Shown here one piece after another: positions 52,405 through 62,740 of a stretch of DNA of 64,000 nucleotides. Each line of letters starts with the position of its first letter. Within the stretch, counting starts at the first letter, position 1. The stretch is from the NCBI GenBank assembly GCA_040285745.1, contig JAUFOR010000003.1:1364001-1428000 (forward strand), read 5' to 3'. A model generated the notes under the pieces. It was not told the DNA's origin and ran no database searches. It was given only the letters and a program-made list of their open reading frames with translations. Position numbers and translations under genes: made by a program. The stretch is from Barthelona sp. PCE (Eukaryota).

Positions 52405-53331
52405 CTATATTGAGAGTTTGAACTCCGGCTGAACCTCTTCACCCGACTCATTAACTACAGTGCCACGCACTTCATCTGCCAATAGCTCAACAGAATCGAC
52501 TCCGTTCTTCAGGGTGTCCTCCTCAACACTATTAAGGACAATAGACTCGACTTCCTTAAGGAACCTTCCGTTCTTTCCGCGCTTGCGTTTCTTCGCAATG
52601 ATTGATTTCCTCATTGAATTCTTTGAACGACGGATCTCCTTCCCACTGGGGACGTCTGCCTTCAAGAACTCTTCTATCTTCTTCCTACTCTGTTGATTTC
52701 GCTTCTTTCTGTTCCTCACACTCGGCAACTGATTCTTTTTACGCTCCTCCTTATCATACAACTTCTCTGCTGGGACCTGGTTGTTGTACATTTGAACAGG
52801 TACATGCATTATTATGATTTTTGACTGATTGCCATTTCCACTCATTTGTTGCTGTTGTTGCAATAAATTCTGGAACATTGCAGCATTCATTGGTGAATTC
52901 ATCATGTTCCCTGGCGCGTTCATCATATATACGTTACCCTGAGCTGGAGAAGATATCACCTGGCCTGAATGAGCTGGTAAATGTGATCCAAACTGTGCTT
53001 GTTGCTTTAACAAATTATTGTACGTATTAGACGTCGAAACTACCTGCGGAGACACCTGGTACGGTGATGCCTCAAGAATTGGTTGCATCTGATGTGTACT
53101 TTGAGGAGGCTGAAAATGTTGCATCGGCTGATTGATAGTGTGTGCAGAAAAATGTGTGGGTGGGGTCAGATGTTGGTTTGGTGAAGGAGGTTTTAATGTG
53201 AAACTGTTATTTGCACCAAAATCGGGCACTTCCATTGGATTAGCCGCACCAGAATCGTAATTCATGTCCCCCATCACATCGGGCACGTCCAACGGATCGT
53301 ATGCATTCGAGAATAAAGCGTTCAAATTCAT
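52405..53331 (-). CDS. NF-YA/HAP2 (or CCT)-like transcription factor
   Basis: Gln/Pro/Met-rich N-terminus; basic helix followed by AKKRKRGKNGRFLK, similar to NF-YA AM.RKRG.GGRF. Confidence 0.65.
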   Translation of the reverse strand: MNLNALFSNAYDPLDVPDVMGDMNYDSGAANPMEVPDFGANNSFTLKPPSPNQHLTPPTHFSAHTINQPMQHFQPPQSTHQMQPILEASPYQVSPQVVSTSNTYNNLLKQQAQFGSHLPAHSGQVISSPAQGNVYMMNAPGNMMNSPMNAAMFQNLLQQQQQMSGNGNQSKIIIMHVPVQMYNNQVPAEKLYDKEERKKNQLPSVRNRKKRNQQSRKKIEEFLKADVPSGKEIRRSKNSMRKSIIAKKRKRGKNGRFLKEVESIVLNSVEEDTLKNGVDSVELLADEVRGTVVNESGEEVQPEFKLSI

Positions 53332-53713
53332 TAAACGCTGTAAAAGGTAAAGATATCACTAAACACCCGATTATGTGTTGTTGGCAGCCAGTATGCAGCA
53401 CATTTACTTAAATGATCACTAAACTAAAGGAATGAAGTCTATATTATGGCCAGGTGTATAAAAATTGAATATTCCAACCATATTCATATAAAGAACAAAA
53501 ATATTTCTCTAATGTGCCAAAAACTTGCGATAAACCCACATGAAAATACGTATTTCTACAAAGATTGATATTGCAAATTTCACAACATTTCTATGCAATT
53601 AGTACTTTATCACAACGTAGCTTGGACTTTACATACGCCAAACCCCACTTTTCGTTCAAAACAGAGCAACATAACTGATTGTAAAAACTTTTTACTCCTT
53701 TTCTAAAACAAAA

Positions 53714-55837
53714 ATGCCTCGTTTTCACACTCTTGATCACTTGTTCGAGCTTTTTTCAGATGATCTAGCCGCTGTAGGATCTACCATCGGTATTGAACTC
53801 AACAAGAAACACTTTCAGCTAGTATGTTTGCGATTGAGTGGTTAAATGAGTTTATAACCACTGTTTCGAAGCTTGCCTCACACCTAGTGCGCTCGTAAGA
53901 ACGAAGGAGATGTAACTGTCCTTGTGTTCCAATTTGCCAAACAGCTCAAAATGAAACCAATGGACATTGCCGCTTTGTTCATTGAGAAACTTACAGAGTA
54001 CGTTGCTGAGCACGAAGAATCGTTCATCTCACACGCTACTCAAGCCAGAGCTTATGTCAATATCCATCTGAAGCGATCCATGGTATTTAAGCATTTTATT
54101 GGGCTTGTTAACGATAACAGCAGTGAATATGGTTATATTGACACTAAGAAGGGTCAAAAAGTTGTCATTGAACACACATCATCCAACCCTAACGCACCTC
54201 TTCATATCGGTAATCTCAGAAATTCTCTCCTTGGCGCACACCTTGCTAAGCTTCTTGAGGCCATTGGCTATGATGTCGATGAGTACTTCTTCGTTAATGA
54301 TATGGGGGCTCAGATTGGTCTGACCGTTTTTGCATACTCGAAGGTTTTCCATCTCGTCAAGCCGACCATCAAGATCGATCAGTGGGTCGGTATCATCTAC
54401 GCCATGTCCAACACTTTTGTCGAGCTCCAAAAGGATAAAGTGGATCTCAACGCCCTTGTTGATCTTAACGAAGGTATCATTAACGAACTTGTTGAAGCCA
54501 GTGAGAACAAGGAGCACACTGCTGAGTATATTGATATCTGGCAGGACCTCCTCGTCCGTTTCCCTGAGTTAGGTGGCGTCATGCTCAACGAGCTTAAAGA
54601 TGTTGGCTCAATCAAGCTTGAAGGTGCCCAGATGAATTTGAAGTACGAACAGAACGACCCCGAGATCGTTCCTCTGTATAGGCAGATGGTAAACTATGTG
54701 TTGAGCGCAGTTCAAAAAACACTGGATACTTATGGCATTCAGCACAACGCTTGGCATTATGAGTCAGAGCTCTTGTGGGATGGTTCAGTCTCCCAGGTGA
54801 ATGACATCGTCCTTGACAGCCCCTACTTCGTTCCAGCAACACTGTGCAACAAAGAGGGTGTTCCCGAAGGTGGTTACATTGATCTGAACAAATACATTCA
54901 GGACGCCGGTCTAAAGGTCGGTAAAGGTGGCTACATGAAGAACTATCCCCGTCTCTATGTGTTCCGCCCTGATGGATCCACACTTTACTCCTTCAGAGAC
55001 GCAGTTTACTCTCTCAAGAAGATTGAAAATTCTGATTTGGTGTTGAACATCATCTGCTCCGAGCAGAACTTGGCTCAAGAGAAGGTGTCACTTGCTCTCC
55101 AAATGCTCACAGAGGAAGGTAACAAGCTCTACCATTTCTCATATGACCTGGTTAAGCTCACCACAGGTAAGATGTCTGGTCGTCGTGGCCTCTATCTCCT
55201 TGCTGATAAACTGTACGAAACCCTTCAGGATGAGGTTCAGCAGATCATTGACAGCCGTAACGTTTCTCTTTCTCAAGAAGAGAGGACGAGCATCGCACAC
55301 GAGGTTGCCACTGCTACTATGAAGTACTCTCTCTTGAACCAGAAGCCTCTCAGTGTCATTAACTTCGATGTTGCAAAGGCCTCCGATCCATCCAGCGCTG
55401 GTTCTGGTGTTTCAGTCTTGTACAACATCACCCGTATCACATCAATTCTTCGTAAACTGGATGACATGATCAATGATGGTAAGGTTGAGTCCCCTATTGA
55501 TAACATTGAAGATATTGACTTCACAGCGTTGGACAATGATAAGGAATGGCAGATCTTCCTCAAGTACGTTGTTGGTCTTTCAGCTATTATTCAAGAAGCC
55601 GCTGACGTTGATATCCCCAAGCACCCCAAGCTTCCTAATTATGGTACTCATGTCGTACCTGGTGCTCTTGCTTCTTTCGCTCAGGATTTCTCTTCATATT
55701 ATAAGGCTGTTCGTATTTTGGTTCAAGATGGTGATCACAATGTATTGAGTGCTCGTATTCAACTTATTCGTGTGTTCCAACAGGCTATGAATAATCTTCT
55801 TGCTTTGATTCCCATCAAGCCTCTGGAGAAGATGTAG
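53714..55837 (+). CDS. argS: Arginyl-tRNA synthetase, 685 aa, join(53714..53821,53888..55837)
   Basis: EHTSSNPNAPLHIGNLRN, DGSTLY..RD, KMSGRRG, DALR-type domain, C-terminal PLEKM; exon 1 plus EGDVT..FQFAK completes the N-terminal domain. Confidence 0.93.
53822..53887 (+). other. Spliceosomal intron, 66 nt, phase 0 (ArgRS)
   Basis: GTATGT...CCTCACACCTAG; contains an in-frame TAA; removal joins the ATG exon in frame. Confidence 0.88.
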
Positions 55838-55902
55838 ATCAACTTTTTCAATTTAATAAACAAAAAATGAATTTATTTCTTACTTATCACTAATATCTAA
55901 AA

Positions 55903-56499
55903 CTACAACAGAGCTTGGGCTTCACGCTTCTGTTCAATGGATGATGGTGTGTCTGTAGTTTCTATTGGTGCAACCTGTTCTGTGCCAACCGTTAGTCCAA
56001 CTAACCCTTCTCCTAAACTCATCTCGTGCTCGTCCGCAACTTCTTTAATCAATCTGTCAACATCTAATTGGGATGTCATCGTAGACTGGCCGACCACCTC
56101 GCCCATATAATCAGTGGCGATATCTAAATCCTCACAAACCTGATTAAAATTTCCCATAGTTGCAAAAATACTGGTCATATCAGTACTTTCCATAGCTTTC
56201 ATCATCGACTTCGTTGCAACTTCCACATGCTTCGATACCCTCTCTGTCATGGCAGCCATTTCAACACGTGAACAGAGAACATCCAAAGTAGAAGCATGTT
56301 TTAACGACTGTATTTCTTCTTGGTGATATCTGATTGCGTTTTCAGCGTAAATACGTGCTTTTTGGATATCTCCATCCTCAACAGCCCTCTGAACCCTATC
56401 TTTTGCCCTACGTTCTCTTTTGGCACTCTTACGAGCATTTCTCTCCATCTGTTTCTTTGCAAAACGAAGAGAAAACATGGTCTCAAACATGTCAACCAT
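55903..56499 (-). CDS. CHMP1: ESCRT-III CHMP1/Did2
   Basis: FSLRFAKKQMER, ARIYAENAIR, SRVEMA, VDRLIKEVADEH. Confidence 0.9.
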   Translation of the reverse strand: MVDMFETMFSLRFAKKQMERNARKSAKRERRAKDRVQRAVEDGDIQKARIYAENAIRYHQEEIQSLKHASTLDVLCSRVEMAAMTERVSKHVEVATKSMMKAMESTDMTSIFATMGNFNQVCEDLDIATDYMGEVVGQSTMTSQLDVDRLIKEVADEHEMSLGEGLVGLTVGTEQVAPIETTDTPSSIEQKREAQALL

Positions 56500-56647
56500 T
56501 TGCTATTCAACAAAAACCCTGATTATGGTGTGAAAATAGTTGAAAAAGATAAAACAGATAAATTATTCAGATGTACTATCGAAAAGTCTTATATCGAGCA
56601 CAATAAGCCCAACATTAGAATAAAGTTTACACATTATTTGAAAATCA

Positions 56648-58618
56648 TTATAAATCAAAACTTTGAATTACCATTCGAATATTTTCATATCTAAGTCCCA
56701 CATCTATTTCTCCAGAATTTAATGCATCTTTCAGGTGCTTCAACAACGGGTGGAAACCGTCATCAACGATAATGTGGTACAAACTATACATTTCATAATT
56801 GGAAGTGATTTCAGCAAACTCAAGAATAAAACTTCTCAAAAAATCAATAGCATCCCTATTTTCAGCTTCCCAACGACGATCAAAGGGGATAAGACCGAGA
56901 AGACAGTGATATAATGCAGCAAATAGTTGTACATTCATTCTATCATCTTCTGATACTTTTTCAATGTATCTCATTGAACCCTTAAGCAAATATGATACCG
57001 ACAAAATAGTATCAAAAGAACGAACCATGAACTTATAATTTGTTAACGTTAGTATACAAGTGAATAAGCAAAGATAAAAAATTTTTTTTAAGACTAAATC
57101 GTTTAGAAATAAAACTGGATTCCTACCCATGCTCTCTACAAGCCAGCATAGTTTTTTAAATACATCCAAAGAACCATTTATAATTCTTCTTATCTCAATT
57201 TCTTCGCATCTCAACTCTACAGATTTCGTATTCAACAAGAAATTCTTCCATTCATCCGTTAAGTGATTTTCATCAAACACGGTCTTGATTTCACTGTTTT
57301 CTTTTAGTATAACTTGCGAAAAAGCTAAAAATAATTCTACAAGATGTTTAATATATGTAAGAAAAGATTTTTTTTCTTTTTCTTGCAACATAAAAATATA
57401 TGTAATGAGACTAGACTTGGTTGCAGGTAGTGCAGTGCTTAATAGACCTTGAATTTCTTTCCATAAAGGAATATGAGTGAAGTTGGAAAAGAACCGAATG
57501 CACTGAGGAAATGAGCTAACATTTTCTGCTAAAAAGCCTATTATCGTATGAATACACATGAAAACTGCTGACCTTGGTCTTCCTTCTTCATCAAATAAAA
57601 GAGAAGCATCTTTGTTTCTTAAATAAACAATCAAATCCGTCAGTTTCTTAATGAAATCAACAAATATTTCTTTGGCACCACCATCAATCCTGAATTCTCC
57701 ATTGTTGTTTATGCAAGCCCATTTGTTTAGAATTGCTGAAGCTTTAAAAAAATTGATCAAGCTACATAGGCATAGAACATAGTTCTCACACACTGGTAAC
57801 TTTAACAATCTATCGTACACAGTATTTATCAATTTAAACAAATCATTGTTATTGATATCATCTAAGCGTCCTCTAGCAAAATATGTCGAACAACGTGTCA
57901 TGACGCTAGATGCCTGAAAATAAAGAGCAATTAAACCTAAAATACAAGAAATGTGCTCACTGTTTCCAGAACTGCTTTCATCATTCTTGTGACTCTCTTC
58001 AGGTATCATACTAACTGCATTTTCAATCTTGCTGAATAGCGTCTTCAAAATTGCATCCTGTACATTGTTATACTCTGCTTCGTGTAAATCCACATAGAGA
58101 CGACCCGGGTGAATGTAGAGCATATTATCCTTAACTGCAACAAAACAAATCTTGTTCAAGACCAAGTCGTCATTTAATAGATATGTTTCCTGTAACTCTT
58201 CGAATCTTACTTCAGATAGACCGTCGCCTTCAAAGACTAACTGTTGTGTGGGTACAATGTTTTGATCAACTATTGGCGACATACTAACATTATTCTGTAT
58301 CAACTCAGTTGCGTCTTCGTTGTCTGATTCAACACTCTGTAAATACCCCATATCCACTATGCTGGTTTCAGTATCCAGAGCACCATTTTCGATGAATTCG
58401 GAAAAGTGGGGATTGTTCTGCAAACCTCCATCCCTAACAGAGGGTATATCTGCAGGACCTTCATCATTATCTTCACTACGCATAATTGGGGCAAATATTT
58501 CTGATTGGCCACTCGTTTCCAAAACCATCGTGTCTTGATCACTCAATCCTGTGAAATTTTCGCTTGGAAACATGCTAAATCCCGTATCATTTAGCTCTCC
58601 AGGCAATGCAAAAGCCAT
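56648..58618 (-). CDS. Hypothetical protein (~656 aa), acidic N-terminus and helical body
   Basis: Long ORF; first ATG at 58618; no family recognised. Confidence 0.7.
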   Translation of the reverse strand: MAFALPGELNDTGFSMFPSENFTGLSDQDTMVLETSGQSEIFAPIMRSEDNDEGPADIPSVRDGGLQNNPHFSEFIENGALDTETSIVDMGYLQSVESDNEDATELIQNNVSMSPIVDQNIVPTQQLVFEGDGLSEVRFEELQETYLLNDDLVLNKICFVAVKDNMLYIHPGRLYVDLHEAEYNNVQDAILKTLFSKIENAVSMIPEESHKNDESSSGNSEHISCILGLIALYFQASSVMTRCSTYFARGRLDDINNNDLFKLINTVYDRLLKLPVCENYVLCLCSLINFFKASAILNKWACINNNGEFRIDGGAKEIFVDFIKKLTDLIVYLRNKDASLLFDEEGRPRSAVFMCIHTIIGFLAENVSSFPQCIRFFSNFTHIPLWKEIQGLLSTALPATKSSLITYIFMLQEKEKKSFLTYIKHLVELFLAFSQVILKENSEIKTVFDENHLTDEWKNFLLNTKSVELRCEEIEIRRIINGSLDVFKKLCWLVESMGRNPVLFLNDLVLKKIFYLCLFTCILTLTNYKFMVRSFDTILSVSYLLKGSMRYIEKVSEDDRMNVQLFAALYHCLLGLIPFDRRWEAENRDAIDFLRSFILEFAEITSNYEMYSLYHIIVDDGFHPLLKHLKDALNSGEIDVGLRYENIRMVIQSFDL

Positions 58619-58782
58619 TACAGCAACAGGAATCAGGTTATATATTTTTAAACACAAAAGTGTCAATTTTTTACTATATTTCTCTCATAAAGCTCTATAT
58701 TATCGTGAATGTGCTGATCATTACCTTTAATTTTCCAATTGAGTAAAAACAAGTTCTCCCAAACTATTTTGCAAAGAATGTA

Positions 58783-59205
58783 TTAAATGCGAAGAATATT
58801 CAATAAATATGAAATCAAAACCCTAAAAACGTTCGAAAATGCAACAGATATATACAAAAACGAAATAACCACCAGCGAAAATACAAAACCTATCACCTGC
58901 AAAACAGTTGACGTAATAACATCATATACCGGTTTCAGTTCGACAATTGCTCCATAAAATCGATGCTTAACTCCCACCAAAACCTCTTGAAAAGGCCGAA
59001 TTGAAATATCTGCAGTATACATCTCAGAATCAAACATATACCTGCAGTACAGCTCCAAACGCAGATCAACACTATTAGAAACAGAGTTTAACTCATACTT
59101 AGATAAAAAACATATTTCCCCATTATAAGAACATTGTTGTAAATATGACCCAAAAGTCAAGGCTAAAAGTGCAAAAAAGATTGCCCAATCCCTAATAAAA
59201 AGCAT
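58783..59205 (-). CDS. Small hypothetical membrane protein, 140 aa
   Basis: Signal-like N-terminus, C-terminal TM helix, pyrimidine-rich leader. Confidence 0.55.
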   Translation of the reverse strand: MLFIRDWAIFFALLALTFGSYLQQCSYNGEICFLSKYELNSVSNSVDLRLELYCRYMFDSEMYTADISIRPFQEVLVGVKHRFYGAIVELKPVYDVITSTVLQVIGFVFSLVVISFLYISVAFSNVFRVLISYLLNILRI

Positions 59206-59333
59206 AAGAGTCTTAAAACAAAAAGCAAAAAGTTGATCTAATTTTTTGCCTCCGCTTATAGAAACGTATTATGTATCACAGTGGATAGTATTTACAAAGA
59301 AAAAGTCATGCTGATGATAATAAATCTCAAAAT

Positions 59334-62225
59334 TTAAGATTGCACATCAAAAGGGAGTTGCACTTGCTCAATAACACTTTGGATCGCTTCAATCCACCTT
59401 GCCTTCTGTTCCAATCCGGCTGCTGCCATGACAAACGGTTGTGGCTTCCTTTGCATCGTTAGTACATTGGGGTCTCTTGTACTGTACTCAAAAAACCACA
59501 AACAAAATGTATGTTCTTTATCAACAACAATATCACTACAAAACTCATCTATACAGCAAGTAGCCAACGATATGGTGCCCTTCGGTGAGAAATCGTGTTT
59601 GTTCTCAAAATAATGTAAGCAACCGTCCTTTAACGTGAACCAACGCTTACGCCAATTCTTCAAGAAGTTCATGGAACTGCTGAGTTTCTGCAGATACCCC
59701 GAGAGCTGACTATTGCTGAAATTATGAATCGCGTGATACTGCACACTCTCCGACTCTACAGATGGACTAGGAGACCTTGAGCTCACAACCTTACTCAATG
59801 ATATAGAGCTCGTTCGCAACCTGGTTCCTGAACTGGATGAGCTCAGTTTTTTCCGATTCAAAATTCGCATTTCCTCGTATATTTCCAAAATTTTAAACTC
59901 AAAGAACTCAAGTTTATCAATCGTACTAAACACGTACACGTCATCGTCCAACGTCAGCTCAAGCGTTGTTTTATCGCATGTAAACGACGTCAGCGTTAAC
60001 TCATATCGCTTTGAAGGCTCAAACGTGTCAATGTTCTCAAACATATACACTGAGCCATCGAAACTCAGAAGAATGTACCTGTCCTTCACAATGAACTTCT
60101 TCTTATTCTTGACGACAGCATCACATACAACACTAATAAATGTGCAAAAGCTGCTTGTCTTGAAATTGCGATCGTTCACCCCTAATCTTCGATGGACACG
60201 ACCAACAATCGGGCGGAGTACGGCGTCTGAACGCAATCCACTGACTGCTCTTACATCATCCAACTCGTTAGTGAGATTTTCAATTTCAATGTCCTTGTTA
60301 AACAAACTATTAGCCAGGGACTCTCTCTTGTGCAGGGATTCTGTAACTGTTTCCTTGTATAGTGTGATCTGGTCCATAAGCTCTTCATTCATCCTCTTGA
60401 GAGATCCGATCGTAACATCCTTACCGAGAATAATATGATTCTTGTGCTGTACTTCTTGCTCAAGGCGGCGCATCTCGCTGACTTCCACAACCTGAAGCGC
60501 GTTGCCTGGGTTTTGCAGCGTCTCTGGTGAAAATATGTCCTTTGCCATCATATCATAGGTACTTGGTGTCAGAAACGATGATGGTTCCTGGTTTGACTTT
60601 GTTGGCGTCACTGGAATGGCCTCACATAATATCTGCTCCACTCGAGTTATATACGCATCAAGACATTGTGCAACAACGGCCTGTGTCTTGGAATCGCTGT
60701 GATATTCCAACTGCAACGCCTGTGTTCTGTTTTCACTCTCCAAAAGATCAACTTCACAGTGTAGCTCCTTCACCTCTTGTTGAAGCATCACGTTCTTTTC
60801 GCGCGTCTCACTTAATTGAAAGCTCAAATCTGCCATCATACGTTCTTGGGATTCAAGGCGCTCCGTGTATATATTAATGTGTTCTGAAAGCTGAACATCG
60901 AATAAGTTGGCTTGCTCAGCGTCCGATTCCGTAATGCTCAGTTCACTTCCACGACGAACAGTCTTCCGAGTCCCAGTGCTACCTATACTTTCTGGATCAA
61001 AGTCCTCTTCGTATTTGCTACGAATATAATCAATGAGCTTTGCGTTTTTGGATTCTAACTCAGAAACTTCACATTTTAGTTTTCGTATAATAGCCTTTAG
61101 CTGCTCTGTCGACAGCTCCTTGTTAATCTTTGCTGTGGTCACAACATTCTTCGCTCGCATAGCAAACCTTAATGTTGAAATGGTTTCATCTAAATTACCT
61201 GGATGCTCGGACGCTGTCACAATTACCAATAACTTACCTAAAGTTAATGAATTCTTCAATAAAAAAGTTAGTTTAGACTCTCGAAAGGAAACATAATCTT
61301 GTCGTGAACTCAACTGATTAATCACTCTTCCTAAAGCCGACAGCGATTGATTGATTTTGATTGCTTCATTAAATGTGTTACCAGTTGCACCTGTCTTCTT
61401 TACGCACTCTGAACCCGCGAGATCCACCAAGTGAAGTGTGCTGTTAGTCTGACCATCCTCATGATTGCATGTGCATTTGAGGGTGAAGACAGAATGAGAT
61501 CGAGATGAAGTCTCGTTCATATTTGTCGATGAGACAGAGCGGGCCCGCGCACCCTGCCTAATCAGCATCATAACATCATTGATGCTACGCACACTGTGTA
61601 ATGACAGACCATCAACATAGATCCCTCGTCTGGGATCCTCTCGAATACGAAGGTTTTTGTTACCTGCACGGGATGTCTGGAGCAAATCGATGATACGCTC
61701 GCAGTATATCTCGTGAAAAGACGCAGTAAGCTTCCATTCGTTGTATAAATCATCATCAATAAATTCAAATATTTGTTCAAGAGCACGTGGGATAACTCCA
61801 CGCTCGTCACCACACTCCACGTCCATATCTGGGCCGAACAGCGTGTGTGTTTTACCACTACCCGTCTGTCCAAAAGCAAAAATTGTTCCGTGATAACCAG
61901 ATAACACGAAATCAACAATCTGTTTTGGGTAATCGTCGAAAAACTGTGTTTGGCTCGTATTAGGCCCATATATTTTGTCCAATGTGGCTTCAAAAGAAGA
62001 TTGATATCCTGATCGATGAATAGATACTTTCTGATCTAGATACTCGACGCTGAGCTCTTTTAGAGCCTCCCTGCCCTCAAACATTCGCTGTTCTTCAGCA
62101 ATGTAAGGTCTGAACCGACTGACTACAAAAACATTCCCATCTGAAACTGACTGTGCTCTTCTCCTACTTTGTGAAATCTCCACTGGCTCCTGTACAGACA
62201 AACTCGCCCTTGGGGGCTTTGTCAT
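59334..62225 (-). CDS. Kinesin (kinesin-1-like motor) with coiled coil and C-terminal PH domain
   Basis: GQTGSGKTHT, NETSSRSH, DLAGSE, ETISTLRFA; PH motif SGYLQK...NWRKRWFTLKDGCLHYF...PKGTI...WIEAIQ; likely start 62225. Confidence 0.9.
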   Translation of the reverse strand: MTKPPRASLSVQEPVEISQSRRRAQSVSDGNVFVVSRFRPYIAEEQRMFEGREALKELSVEYLDQKVSIHRSGYQSSFEATLDKIYGPNTSQTQFFDDYPKQIVDFVLSGYHGTIFAFGQTGSGKTHTLFGPDMDVECGDERGVIPRALEQIFEFIDDDLYNEWKLTASFHEIYCERIIDLLQTSRAGNKNLRIREDPRRGIYVDGLSLHSVRSINDVMMLIRQGARARSVSSTNMNETSSRSHSVFTLKCTCNHEDGQTNSTLHLVDLAGSECVKKTGATGNTFNEAIKINQSLSALGRVINQLSSRQDYVSFRESKLTFLLKNSLTLGKLLVIVTASEHPGNLDETISTLRFAMRAKNVVTTAKINKELSTEQLKAIIRKLKCEVSELESKNAKLIDYIRSKYEEDFDPESIGSTGTRKTVRRGSELSITESDAEQANLFDVQLSEHINIYTERLESQERMMADLSFQLSETREKNVMLQQEVKELHCEVDLLESENRTQALQLEYHSDSKTQAVVAQCLDAYITRVEQILCEAIPVTPTKSNQEPSSFLTPSTYDMMAKDIFSPETLQNPGNALQVVEVSEMRRLEQEVQHKNHIILGKDVTIGSLKRMNEELMDQITLYKETVTESLHKRESLANSLFNKDIEIENLTNELDDVRAVSGLRSDAVLRPIVGRVHRRLGVNDRNFKTSSFCTFISVVCDAVVKNKKKFIVKDRYILLSFDGSVYMFENIDTFEPSKRYELTLTSFTCDKTTLELTLDDDVYVFSTIDKLEFFEFKILEIYEEMRILNRKKLSSSSSGTRLRTSSISLSKVVSSRSPSPSVESESVQYHAIHNFSNSQLSGYLQKLSSSMNFLKNWRKRWFTLKDGCLHYFENKHDFSPKGTISLATCCIDEFCSDIVVDKEHTFCLWFFEYSTRDPNVLTMQRKPQPFVMAAAGLEQKARWIEAIQSVIEQVQLPFDVQS

Positions 62226-62740
62226 TGGAGAATGAGATTGAAAAAGTAAAAACAAAAAATTGTTGCAGTGCAAGCATTGTGTGATGCGAATGTACATTTT
62301 AGACCATAATCGTTGGATGATAATAGCTCTATTTTGAAAAGAGAAGCACCTGCGTTTTTTTTTTTGTAATTTTTTGATATATTTGTGAATATACTTTAAT
62401 AATAACGCATAAAATGCAATAAAAACTTCTGGTCTCTCTTTTAATAAAAAGAACATTGCAGAACCAAAATATGTTGTTGTGAAATCTTTACACAATCATG
62501 AAAGAGGTTGTGTATGTATTTAAAAGATATTCACTGGCTTAACTACCGATAAATGTGCAATTTGTGGAAATTCTATATTATTACAATCCATATCATTCAT
62601 CTGTGAAGTATTTGTCTCCTTTTCTGAATTTAAACATACTTTAAATCTGTTAAGCAGCTTTCAACGCTTCCCAACCAGGTAACCAATGTTTTCTTTTTTT
62701 CACTCCGTTTCTGCAATTTTTGCATATCTAATCGTGTAAG

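Noticed and set aside
62226-62495. N-terminal ORF extensions, often from TTG/GTG starts (kinesin, SH3, SARAF, WDR74, b561, HYDIN)
   Set aside because: Eukaryotic genes; the extensions are AT-rich non-coding-like sequence, and downstream ATGs follow the shared leader motif.
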